Assembly (NCBI GenBank): GCA_964581635.1 | Contig: CAZOPH010000005.1 | Span: forward strand, 1 to 38,439 | DNA length: 38,439 nucleotides | Source of the DNA: an uncultured Smithella sp. | GTDB taxonomy: Bacteria; Desulfobacterota; Syntrophia; Syntrophales; Smithellaceae | Direction of reading: 5' to 3' | In this document: piece by piece, positions 9,829-18,396 of the stretch | How positions within the stretch are numbered: position 1 is the first letter of the stretch | Layout: each line of letters opens with the position of its first letter | Made by a program: the position numbers and the translations under genes | The notes under the pieces: model-generated | Databases searched by the model: none | What the model was told of the DNA's origin: nothing | Seen by the model: only the letters and a program-made list of their open reading frames with translations

Positions 9829-10872
9829 CTACTGTGCAGTTTCATCTTCATGCTCGTTAGGATTGGCGATGCTGCGAAAATACAGTACGGCTTCGTTATG
9901 AGCATCTAATGATGATGAGAAAAAGTGAGTACCGTCTCTTTGGGAAACAAAAAAGAGGTAATCTACAGCCGCTGGATTAAGAACAGCTCGAAATGAATCC
10001 AGACCTGGATTGGCAATGGGGCCAGGTGGTAACCCTTTGATAATATAAGTATTATAGGGAGATTCTCTCCTATAATGACTTCGCAGCACTTTCCCATTAA
10101 AATTTTTTATATCATAAACAGCAGTAGGGTCACTCTGTAGAGGCATTCCTTTTTTCATCCGGTTATAGAAAACAGCCGCAATCATAGGTTTTTCGGCGGA
10201 ATTTCCGGATTCTTTACCGATGAGTGAGGCAAAAGTAACAAATTGATGCGTATTCAAGCCTCTTTTCTCGGCTTTATTAATCATTTCGGGAGAAATTTTA
10301 CTCCAGAAACGATCGACCATGACGCGCATAATCTGTCTGGTAGTCATGGAACGATTGAAGAAATATGTATCAGGGAAAAGATATCCTTCAATGGATTGTC
10401 CCTGAACACCCACTGAGGATAAAAATTCTTTATCCTCAGCCAATTCAAAAAAGGCTTTTTCATCGATCAACTTATTTTCTTTGAGACACACGGCAATATC
10501 TTTCAGTGAAGAATCCTCAGGAATCGTTACAGGATAATTTTTAATGTCCCCGTGAACGAGTTTATCAACTACTTCAGCCGGGGAAAGAGAAGTGGCAAAC
10601 TCATATTCACCGGCACGAATAGACCGGGTGCCTCTTTTGACTCCGACTAAGCTGTAGAACATAAGCTTGTTTTCAACCAGTCCAACATCACTAAGAATCT
10701 TTGTAACCTGAACAAAACTGGTGCCTGTAGGGATATCGACCAATACGGTTGCAGCTCTTGCCGCATCAATTGGCGTCTTGGCATAGATAAACAGCCAAGC
10801 GCCAAAGAGAATGGTCGCAATACAAGGCAACATAAAAATACCTAATAAAATATTACGGATCTTTTTTTTCAT
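9829..10872 (-). CDS. mltG: Endolytic transglycosylase MltG (YceG family)
   Basis: N-terminal TM, IRAGEYEF, VTIPE, EGYLFPDTY, ASLIGKES, LQSDPT, SPYNTY...GLPPGPIANPG, YLFFVS..DGTHFFS. Confidence 0.95.
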   Translation of the reverse strand: MKKKIRNILLGIFMLPCIATILFGAWLFIYAKTPIDAARAATVLVDIPTGTSFVQVTKILSDVGLVENKLMFYSLVGVKRGTRSIRAGEYEFATSLSPAEVVDKLVHGDIKNYPVTIPEDSSLKDIAVCLKENKLIDEKAFFELAEDKEFLSSVGVQGQSIEGYLFPDTYFFNRSMTTRQIMRVMVDRFWSKISPEMINKAEKRGLNTHQFVTFASLIGKESGNSAEKPMIAAVFYNRMKKGMPLQSDPTAVYDIKNFNGKVLRSHYRRESPYNTYIIKGLPPGPIANPGLDSFRAVLNPAAVDYLFFVSQRDGTHFFSSSLDAHNEAVLYFRSIANPNEHEDETAQ

Positions 10873-10920
10873 GTTTTGTCACACAATAAGTAAATGATGA
10901 AAATGTCGAAAGGGCAGGAT

Positions 10921-11352
10921 TTAAAACTGGCCGGTCCTTGATTTATCGGCGCAATCCAGATAATTTTGCAGAATCAGACAAGCAGCCAACCGATCAACCT
11001 TTTCCTTCCTTTTTTGCCAGCGGACGCCGGATGAAATTAAAATTTCTTCAGCTTCTTTGGTCGATAAGGTCTCCGGCCATTTCATCACTGGCAGAAAAAA
11101 AGTTTTATTAAGCAGGCGCACAAAACGGTTAACCTTCTCACACTGAATGCCTTCGGAACCATCCAGTCGCAAAGGATATCCAATGACAATTTTCTGAACC
11201 GAATAATGCTGAATCCAATGGTACAAAATCTCCAGATCATGTTTTTTCGTTTTGCGAATCAGTGTCGGCAAGCCCTGAGCCGTCATACCCAACTCGTCAC
11301 AGACGGCCACGCCAATTCTTTTGTCGCCATAGTCCAAACCAAGAATGCGCAA
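10921..11352 (-). CDS. ruvX: Holliday junction resolvase RuvX / pre-16S rRNA nuclease YqgF
   Basis: RILGLDYGDKRIGVAVCD, IVIGYPL, ETLST.EA, VDRLAACLILQNYLD; TTG start with GAGGTG SD. Confidence 0.93.
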   Translation of the reverse strand: MRILGLDYGDKRIGVAVCDELGMTAQGLPTLIRKTKKHDLEILYHWIQHYSVQKIVIGYPLRLDGSEGIQCEKVNRFVRLLNKTFFLPVMKWPETLSTKEAEEILISSGVRWQKRKEKVDRLAACLILQNYLDCADKSRTGQF

Positions 11353-11523
11353 AAAACACCTCGTTTCATCTCTGATTTAACAATTCCGCATAGTATTTTC
11401 AAGAATTAAATCATCAGCTGTTTTCTCTGTTGCCCGTCGTTTCCGCTGGAAATATGATGTTGTGAAAATGGTGGGAGTTTGTTATTTTAATCAATCATTG
11501 AAATTGAGATAGCAGGAAAAAAC

Positions 11524-13437
11524 ATGCAACATTTTGTTTTGGGCACAGCCGGTCATGTGGATCATGGAAAGACATCGTTAATCAAAGCTCTGACCGGCAT
11601 AGACACCGACCGTCTCAAAGAGGAAAAGGAAAGAGGCATTACCATCGAACTAGGGTTTGCCTCGCTCGAACTTCCCTCCGGCCATACGCTCGGCATTGTC
11701 GACGTACCGGGCCACGAAAAGTTTATTAAGCACATGGTAGCCGGCGCGGCGGGTATTGATCTGGTTTTAATGGTCATTGCCGCGGATGAAGGCATCATGC
11801 CGCAAACGAAGGAACATTTACAAATCTGCTCGCTTCTGGGAATTACCACAGGACTTGTCGCCCTGACCAAAATTGACCTGGTGGAGAAAGACTGGCTGGA
11901 ACTGGTGCGCTCCGAAATTTCAGACTATCTGCAAGACACTTTTCTCTCTGACGCATCGATCGTTCCGGTTTCAGCACTTCAAGAAACTGGTATTCAGGAA
12001 CTGCTTGCCGAGTTGGGTAAAACCACAGACCGATTGAAAGAGAAAATAGATGACGGTATTTTCCGTCTGCCGGTTGACCGTATCTTTACCATGAAGGGAT
12101 TCGGCACCGTGGTGACCGGCACGCTGATTTCTGATAAGATCAAAGTAGGAGAGGATATTCAGATTCTACCGGAAGATGTTTCCGCGCGCATCCGGGGCAT
12201 CCAGATACACAATAAGCCTGTAGGAGAAGCTTTCTCCGGCCAGCGCACCGCTCTCAATCTTCAGGGCATCGAAAAATCGACGCTCGAACGGGGCAACGTT
12301 TTAGTGCGTCCACAGACAGTCTGGCCTACACAAAGGCTTGATGTGTTTTTCGAATACCTTGCCTCCAATACCCGGAAATTGAAAAACCGGGCATTGGTGC
12401 GTCTGCACACGGGAACGACGGAAATCATGACGCGTATTGTTCTGTTGGAGGCAGATGAACTGTCCCCCGGTGAAAAATCCTTCGCCCAGCTTATTTTGGC
12501 CAATGAAGATGTCGTCGTGGCAGGCGATCATTTCGTCTTGCGTAGTTACTCACCGGTGACCACCATTGGCGGTGGTCGGATTCTCGACCCACTGCCGGGA
12601 AAACACAAAAGAAAAAATAAAAAAATTCTCGATGATCTGAAAACCCTGCAAAGCGGTACTTTGGCGGAAAAAATTCTTGTTCTTCTGGAACGAGCCGGTT
12701 TCAACGGTATAAATATCCGGTCACTCGCTTTTCGCCTGGGAGTGCATATCAAAAAAATCCGGGAGGTGATGGAAAAATTATTTTCTAGCCGCCAGGCCAT
12801 CTTGATCGCAAGTGACGACACAACTTCCCTATCCGTCCATTTGTATACAGAACTGGAAGAACTGATCGTGAAAAGCCTCTCGGATTATCACAAGAAAAAC
12901 CCTCTGAAGGAAGGCATCTCCAAGGAAGAGCTCAAGGCAGCGCTTGCCGCCACTGTATCTGTCAAACTCTTTAACATGGTTCTTGCCAGTCTCGGGAAAA
13001 AAGAAGCCATCGTCAACGATAAGGACAACGTCCGACTGGCATCGCATGTTGTTCAACTGGCGGGTGAAGAGGACGCTTTGCGTCAATCCATTGCATCGAT
13101 TTACGTGCAGGCCGAACTGACCCCACCATCCCTTTCCGACGTCATCAACAGTTTTAAGAATTCGAAGGCCAAGGCACAAAACATTGTCCAGCTGATGCTC
13201 AAAGACGGAGAGCTTATTAAGATCAATGAAGAACTATGCTTTGCGCGCGCCACCCTGGACAAGTTACGTAACGATTACAAAGCACAGCTTATTCGAGATG
13301 GTCAGGCGACACCGGCTACTTTCAAAGATTTAACCGGATTGTCGCGCAAATACATCATTCCGCTTATGGAATATTTCGACACAAGCAAACTGACGGTTCG
13401 CGTGGCAGATCACCGGATATTGAGGGAAAAACACTAG
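11524..13437 (+). CDS. selB: Selenocysteine-specific elongation factor SelB
   Basis: GTAGHVDHGKT, RGITIELGF, DVPGHEKF, EF-Tu-like domains 2 and 3, and C-terminal winged-helix SECIS-binding motif FKDLTGLSRKYIIPLMEYFD...R..D.R; 637 aa. Confidence 0.97.
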   Translation: MQHFVLGTAGHVDHGKTSLIKALTGIDTDRLKEEKERGITIELGFASLELPSGHTLGIVDVPGHEKFIKHMVAGAAGIDLVLMVIAADEGIMPQTKEHLQICSLLGITTGLVALTKIDLVEKDWLELVRSEISDYLQDTFLSDASIVPVSALQETGIQELLAELGKTTDRLKEKIDDGIFRLPVDRIFTMKGFGTVVTGTLISDKIKVGEDIQILPEDVSARIRGIQIHNKPVGEAFSGQRTALNLQGIEKSTLERGNVLVRPQTVWPTQRLDVFFEYLASNTRKLKNRALVRLHTGTTEIMTRIVLLEADELSPGEKSFAQLILANEDVVVAGDHFVLRSYSPVTTIGGGRILDPLPGKHKRKNKKILDDLKTLQSGTLAEKILVLLERAGFNGINIRSLAFRLGVHIKKIREVMEKLFSSRQAILIASDDTTSLSVHLYTELEELIVKSLSDYHKKNPLKEGISKEELKAALAATVSVKLFNMVLASLGKKEAIVNDKDNVRLASHVVQLAGEEDALRQSIASIYVQAELTPPSLSDVINSFKNSKAKAQNIVQLMLKDGELIKINEELCFARATLDKLRNDYKAQLIRDGQATPATFKDLTGLSRKYIIPLMEYFDTSKLTVRVADHRILREKH

Positions 13438-13469
13438 AGCAAGAATCAAAAAAATGTTTTTGATGAAAG

Positions 13470-14438
13470 GTGGTTCATTTGAAAACCAAAGAAATCTATC
13501 TTCAGGACATCAAGCAGGGCGATAAAATCGCTTCGACCTTTTTAGTTGCGGAAAAGAGCATGGCCTTTTCCCAGAAAGGCTCAGCGTATCTGAATGTCCG
13601 GCTAAAAGACAAAACCGGCGAAACAGACGGCAAGGTCTGGGATAACGCCGTGGAGTGGGATCGCGTCTTTAAAAAAGGTGACATCATTTACATCGAAGGC
13701 CGCGCGCTCAGTTACCGCAACACGCTTCAGATATCCATTATGACCATTAAACTCTGCGAACCGGAAAACATTGACCCGGCGGATTATCTGCCGGTCAGCA
13801 AGCTGGATACACAGACGATGTTTCAGGACATCCTCCTATACATCGACACCATTTCATCGGAGCCCGTTAAAAAGCTGCTTGCCGCTTTTTTTGATGATGA
13901 AAAAACGGCTGAACTTTTCCGACGAGCACCGGCAGCCAAGGGCTTTCACCACATCTATCTGGGCGGTCTGCTCGAACATACGCTTTCCGTTGTGCGCCTG
14001 CTAGACAAGGCAGCAAATCATTATCCACAATTAAATAGAGATCTGCTGATTGCCGGCGGCATGCTGCACGACATCGGCAAAATCTACGAATTCTCCTATG
14101 ACAGTTTGATTGGATACAGCGACGAAGGCCGGATGATTGGTCATCTGGTCATGGGGGTGGAAATGATCAACAAAAAAATTGAAGCCATACCGGATTTTCC
14201 ATCACAGCTCGCGCTGGCGTTGCGCCACATCATTTTAAGCCATCACGGCGAATTTGAATTCGGCTCGCCCAAACGGCCGAAAACCATGGAAGCGCTGGTC
14301 ATTCATTTTATAGACGACCTCGATGCCAAGCTCAATGCATTTCAAAGTTTTGTGGCCGCCGACGCCGCCAATACAGATTCCGAATGGACAAACTACAATC
14401 GTTTTTTTGAGCGGTATCTCTATAAAGGCCGGCCGTGA
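13470..14438 (+). CDS. OB-fold plus HD-domain protein, YhaM/Cbf1-like 3'-5' exoribonuclease
   Basis: N-terminal OB fold (YLNVRLKDKTGETDGKVWD), then APAAKGFHHIYLGGLLEHT...LHDIGKIYE...HIILSHHGEFEFGSPKRPKTMEALVIHFIDDLDAK, which is the YhaM pattern. Confidence 0.85.
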   Translation: MVHLKTKEIYLQDIKQGDKIASTFLVAEKSMAFSQKGSAYLNVRLKDKTGETDGKVWDNAVEWDRVFKKGDIIYIEGRALSYRNTLQISIMTIKLCEPENIDPADYLPVSKLDTQTMFQDILLYIDTISSEPVKKLLAAFFDDEKTAELFRRAPAAKGFHHIYLGGLLEHTLSVVRLLDKAANHYPQLNRDLLIAGGMLHDIGKIYEFSYDSLIGYSDEGRMIGHLVMGVEMINKKIEAIPDFPSQLALALRHIILSHHGEFEFGSPKRPKTMEALVIHFIDDLDAKLNAFQSFVAADAANTDSEWTNYNRFFERYLYKGRP

Positions 14439-14511
14439 AGGCATAAAGCATCAGGACAAATTCATAACCATGGAACGTGTTCCTCGTTCCGTAAATTCAT
14501 ACCCTGCCTGT

Positions 14512-15492
14512 TTAGCGAATTCGTGCGCCGCCAGACCGTGATATTTGCAGCCTCTGGGCTTCCGTCAAAAGACAACCGGTCGCGCAGATTTCGGTACAGT
14601 GACCGTCACAAGGCTCAATATGAATGGTTACGGTTGCAGCAGGAAATTTATCCATAATAACGTGTTTAAGCTCACGTGTAATGCCGTGGGAGGCATCCAC
14701 CGTCATTTGGGGATCAACCTTGAGATGAAATTCGATGAAACGGAAATTGCCGGCCTTGCGAGTTCTTAACTGGTGATAACCGTGGATCTCAGGCTTACGG
14801 GCAGTGATCACATCGCGGATCCATCCCTCTTCATCCCGGGGCAACTTCACATCCATAAGGTCGCCCAGCGCCTGTAAGGTTAAATCGTAAGCCGCCTTCA
14901 GAATAAACACAGCCACAAATATCGCGGCAATCGGATCCAGCCAGTGAATGCGCGGATCAGCAAAAAAATAGTGGCTAACCCAGATAATGCCCAGGCTGAC
15001 CATAACACCTACGGATGTGTAGACGTCGGTTCGCAGATGCCAGGCATCCGCCTGCAGGGCGATGGAATCCGTTTCTTTTCCAACTGCAAAAAGCCTTTGG
15101 GACACGAAAAAATTGAGGGTGGCGGATAAAAACATCACAGCGACGCCCCAGCCGGGCGATTCCACTTCCTGCGCGGAAGTCAGTTTCTTGATCGCCTCGA
15201 AAATAATCCAGAAAGCCGCAATAAAAATCAAAAAGGCTTCTATCAAACCGGAGATGCTTTCGACCTTGCCGTGGCCGAAAGGGTGGACATCGTCCGCCGG
15301 CAGATATGATTTTTTAACGGAAAACATGGCAATGATCGCCGCCAGTAAATCCATGCCTGAATGAATCGCCTCGGAAATAATCGAGACGGAACCAATCAGC
15401 GTGCCGACAATGATTTTGAAGACCACCAGAGTGGAATTGGACGCGACAGACAACATCGCAACCCGTTCTTTACGCTTTTGAATGGATGCCAA
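14512..15492 (-). CDS. Cation diffusion facilitator (FieF/YiiP-like) metal exporter
   Basis: SISIISEAIHSGMD, HPFGHGKVESISG, LQADAWHLRTD, WLDPIAA, cytoplasmic domain LRTRKAG...IEFHLKVD...IHIEP; TTG start with GAGGAG SD. Confidence 0.93.
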   Translation of the reverse strand: MASIQKRKERVAMLSVASNSTLVVFKIIVGTLIGSVSIISEAIHSGMDLLAAIIAMFSVKKSYLPADDVHPFGHGKVESISGLIEAFLIFIAAFWIIFEAIKKLTSAQEVESPGWGVAVMFLSATLNFFVSQRLFAVGKETDSIALQADAWHLRTDVYTSVGVMVSLGIIWVSHYFFADPRIHWLDPIAAIFVAVFILKAAYDLTLQALGDLMDVKLPRDEEGWIRDVITARKPEIHGYHQLRTRKAGNFRFIEFHLKVDPQMTVDASHGITRELKHVIMDKFPAATVTIHIEPCDGHCTEICATGCLLTEAQRLQISRSGGARIR

Positions 15493-15640
15493 GGGAGATT
15501 CTCCTCATGTCAGATGTTTTTTTACATATCACGACCGATGGGCAATTTCCCCTATTTTTTTAACCTCCGGTGCGAATTGATTTTCTTTGCACGGATGAGA
15601 AATTGTGATACGCAAATCGCTGCAAATGGTTTGAAATTTT

Positions 15641-16732
15641 ATGAATAAAAAAATCCTGTTTTCTCACTTCTCCCATATGTCCATCCAAAATTGGCGAGAC
15701 TGGCGCTGGCAATTTGAAAACCGCGTCACATCCATAGCAGCATTGGCCAGGATTTTCGGCAAACCGATGCCCCAGATGGAAAAATTTCGTTTTGTGCTTT
15801 CACTCTATCCTATGGCAATCACCCCTTACTACTTGTCACTCATTCAGCAAGATGATGAAAACGATCCGCTGGCTTTGCAATGCATTCCGGATGTGAAAGA
15901 AGTTTCCATGTTACCCCATTACCCGGAGGATCCGCTGAATGAAGACGGCTGTATGCCGGCGCCGAAACTGATCCATCGTTACCGTGACCGCGTTCTGGCC
16001 ATTGTCACGAAAACCTGCGCTACCTATTGCCGGCACTGCAATCGCAAGCGTTCCTGGGCACGCCCGGAAACATCCACCCTGGAAAGTCGCTTGGGGAAAA
16101 TGGTTCGCTATGTGGCAGGCTCACCCGAAGTCCGGGAAGTCATTCTTTCCGGCGGCGACCCTCTGACTTACGACGACGGAAAGGTGGAGATGATCCTGAG
16201 CTCTTTCGCATCCGTGCCGCATATCGAGGTGCTGCGCATCGGCAGCCGCATGCCTGTCGTTTTGCCGATGAGAATCACGAAAGATCTCTGCCGGATACTC
16301 AAACGCTACCGGCCCTTGTGGTTGAACACACAGTTTAATCATCCTTCAGAAATTACACCGGACGCCGCACGAGCCTGTAACATGCTTCAGGAAGCAGGCA
16401 TCCCCGTTTCGAATCAATCGGTTTTACTCAAAGGCATCAATGATTCACCCGACGTCATGCAGCGCCTGTTATACGGGCTGCAAAAGATATCCATTCGCCC
16501 TTATTACCTTTTTCACTGCGAACCGGTGAAAGGCTGCGGCCATTTTCGCACAGAAATCAAATCCGGCCTGACGATGATGGAAAAACTCCGTCGGCATTGC
16601 TCTGGACTGGCGATGCCGCAATACGTGGCCGACCTGCCGGGACAGGCAGGAAAAGTCCCCCTTCTGTCGATGTCGAGATCGATAAAAAATGATATACGAA
16701 AACATCAAGATTTTTTTGACAATTTTGAATAA
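15641..16732 (+). CDS. kamA: KamA-family radical SAM lysine 2,3-aminomutase (EpmB role in EF-P beta-lysylation, by context)
   Basis: W.DWRWQ, MAITPYYLSLI, HRY.DRVL, CxxxCxxC (CATYCRHC), LSGGDPL, RIGSRMPVVLP, NQSVLLKGIND, PLP-lysine motif PGQAGKVP; directly upstream of efp and epmA. Confidence 0.9.
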   Translation: MNKKILFSHFSHMSIQNWRDWRWQFENRVTSIAALARIFGKPMPQMEKFRFVLSLYPMAITPYYLSLIQQDDENDPLALQCIPDVKEVSMLPHYPEDPLNEDGCMPAPKLIHRYRDRVLAIVTKTCATYCRHCNRKRSWARPETSTLESRLGKMVRYVAGSPEVREVILSGGDPLTYDDGKVEMILSSFASVPHIEVLRIGSRMPVVLPMRITKDLCRILKRYRPLWLNTQFNHPSEITPDAARACNMLQEAGIPVSNQSVLLKGINDSPDVMQRLLYGLQKISIRPYYLFHCEPVKGCGHFRTEIKSGLTMMEKLRRHCSGLAMPQYVADLPGQAGKVPLLSMSRSIKNDIRKHQDFFDNFE

Positions 16733-16801
16733 TTAGATTAGGAAGAACACAAGTAAATTCATGAATTACCAAAGAAACGATAACCAAGGAGATTAGCAGT
16801 T

Positions 16802-17365
16802 ATGTACACCGCCAGTGACTTAAGAAAAGGGCTACGCTTAAAAATCGATAACGAACCCTACATCATTACCGAATTTAACTTCGTCAAGCCTGGCAAAGGA
16901 CAGGCTCTATACCGCACCAAGCTCAAAAATATGCTCAACGGCAACCAGTTCGAACGCACCTTCCGCTCCGTCGATAACTTTGAAGCGGCCGATCTGCGCG
17001 AAAAGAAAATGCAGTATCTTTACAAAGAAGGCGACAAATATTGTTTCATGGACAATGAAAACTACGAACAGGTTTACCTGACGGAAGCACAAGTCGGAGA
17101 TGCGGTAAACTTTTTACTCGACAACATCGAAGTGGAAATCCTGCTTTTTGAAGACCGACCTATCGGAATCAGCCTGCCCAATTTTGTTGAACTGGTCGTC
17201 ACGGAAGCCGAACCCTGGGCGAAAGGTGACACGGTATCCGGTGCGACCAAACCGGTCAAGGTACAAACAGGCTACACGATTCTTGTGCCGACCTTTGTCA
17301 CCGAAGGAGAAAAAATCCGCATTGACACACGCACGGGAGAATACTTGACACGCGTCAAAGGCTGA
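16802..17365 (+). CDS. efp: Translation elongation factor P
   Basis: 187 aa; FVKPGKGQALYR loop with the modifiable Lys, GDTVSGATKP, VPTFVTEGEKIRIDTRTGEYL.R; AAGGAG SD. Confidence 0.98.
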   Translation: MYTASDLRKGLRLKIDNEPYIITEFNFVKPGKGQALYRTKLKNMLNGNQFERTFRSVDNFEAADLREKKMQYLYKEGDKYCFMDNENYEQVYLTEAQVGDAVNFLLDNIEVEILLFEDRPIGISLPNFVELVVTEAEPWAKGDTVSGATKPVKVQTGYTILVPTFVTEGEKIRIDTRTGEYLTRVKG

Positions 17366-17371
17366 TTCGAT

Positions 17372-18310
17372 TTGAATACAATCCACCAGGATGATCACTT
17401 CTGTCTAGCACGCAAGTCGCAAGCTCTGCACCTGCGAGCCAAGTTCATTCAAGGCATCCGTCATTTCTTTATTCAGCACCATTTTCTGGAAGTCGAAACA
17501 CCCATTCGAATCCCCTCTCCCGCTCCGGAAGAGCATATTGAAGCTATTCCATCAGGCAACTGGTTTTTACAGACCTCCCCCGAGCTCTGCATGAAAAGAC
17601 TGCTGGCTGCGGGCTATCCCAGGATCTTCCAGTTCTGCAAATGCTTTCGCACCGATGAAAGAGGCAGCAGACACTTGCCGGAATTTACAATGCTGGAATG
17701 GTACGTCGCGCAATTTGACTACCATCAACTTATGGAACAATGCGAGGCCATGCTCATTGCCGGATTGAAGGCCCTGGAATACGACCAGCGCATTATCTGG
17801 CAAAATAAAAAAATAAATTTCGCGTCCGGTTGGGAAAGAATCACGGTGGCTGACGCCTTTTTCAGGTATGCGCCCCTGAGCTGCCAGGAAGCGCTGGTTC
17901 AAGACAGATTTGATGAAATTCTGGTAGAGTATATCGAACCTCTCTTGGGCGCCGACCATCCAACATTTCTGTATGATTACCCGGCCAAATTGGCGGCACT
18001 GGCAAAAACAAAAAAGCGCGATCCGACTGTTGCGGAGCGCTTCGAACTTTACATCGGGGGCATGGAGATCGCCAATGGCTTTTCGGAATTGACCGATGCG
18101 GATGAACAAAGACGGCGTTTTGAGGAAGCACAGCAGGCACGAGCCAAAAAAAACTGGGCGCGCTACGACATGCCCGATAAGTTTCTGCAGGCCCTAGCCA
18201 CCATGCCTAAAGCCGCCGGCATCGCACTCGGCATCGACCGGATGATGATGATTCTGACCAATACGGTGCAAATTGACAACATCACTGCCTTTCCACCGGA
18301 AGCACTTTAA
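17372..18310 (+). CDS. epmA: EF-P lysine aminoacylase EpmA (GenX/PoxA)
   Basis: LysRS catalytic domain only: FLEVETP, LQTSPELCMKRLLAAG, FRTDE.GSRHLPEFTMLEWY, ERFELYIGGMEIANGFSELTD, GIALGIDR; no anticodon domain; adjacent to efp. Confidence 0.95.
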   Translation: MNTIHQDDHFCLARKSQALHLRAKFIQGIRHFFIQHHFLEVETPIRIPSPAPEEHIEAIPSGNWFLQTSPELCMKRLLAAGYPRIFQFCKCFRTDERGSRHLPEFTMLEWYVAQFDYHQLMEQCEAMLIAGLKALEYDQRIIWQNKKINFASGWERITVADAFFRYAPLSCQEALVQDRFDEILVEYIEPLLGADHPTFLYDYPAKLAALAKTKKRDPTVAERFELYIGGMEIANGFSELTDADEQRRRFEEAQQARAKKNWARYDMPDKFLQALATMPKAAGIALGIDRMMMILTNTVQIDNITAFPPEAL

Positions 18311-18329
18311 CCTTGTAGAAAAAGATGTA

Positions 18330-18358
18330 TTGACAAGCCCCTTTTTTTCCTTTAGGTT
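18330..18358 (+). promoter_or_regulatory. sigma70 promoter of the tol-pal operon
   Basis: TTGACA (18330-18335), 17 bp, TAGGTT (18353-18358), about 38 bp upstream of tolQ. Confidence 0.7.
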
Positions 18359-18396
18359 ACAACGCAAATTTTAAAACCATTTTTGGAGATAATAAA

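Noticed and set aside
10201-10230. MltG has ASLIGKES instead of ASIIEKET, suggesting a dead enzyme
   Set aside because: By alignment to my recalled E. coli MltG sequence, the catalytic Glu218 is the second Glu of EKE, and it is retained (GKE). Only the non-catalytic position changed.
14458-14501. AAATTCATA direct repeat flanking a GGAACG/CGTTCC hairpin between the convergent HD and CDF genes
   Set aside because: Only two 9-bp copies and a 6-bp stem without a U-tract. It is not CRISPR-like or IS-like, and at best a weak terminator.
14436-14660. Possible selenocysteine read-through of the TGA stop of the HD gene next to selB (also checked for efp and ftsI TGA stops)
   Set aside because: The proteins are already full length, the TGA is not at a Cys-equivalent position, and I saw no convincing SECIS-like hairpin just downstream. 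Read-through would run antisense into the CDF gene or into the next gene.
15470-15508. Short upstream ORF (MRRISLGIHSKA) and a 4-bp hairpin over the CDF gene's SD
   Set aside because: The uORF has no SD of its own and no metal-ligand residues of note. The stem (GGAG/CTCC, 3-nt loop) is too weak to call a riboswitch or thermometer.
16756-16767. Perfect 12-bp palindrome AATTCATGAATT upstream of efp
   Set aside because: AT-rich, single occurrence, and no matching regulator or second site. It is likely chance.
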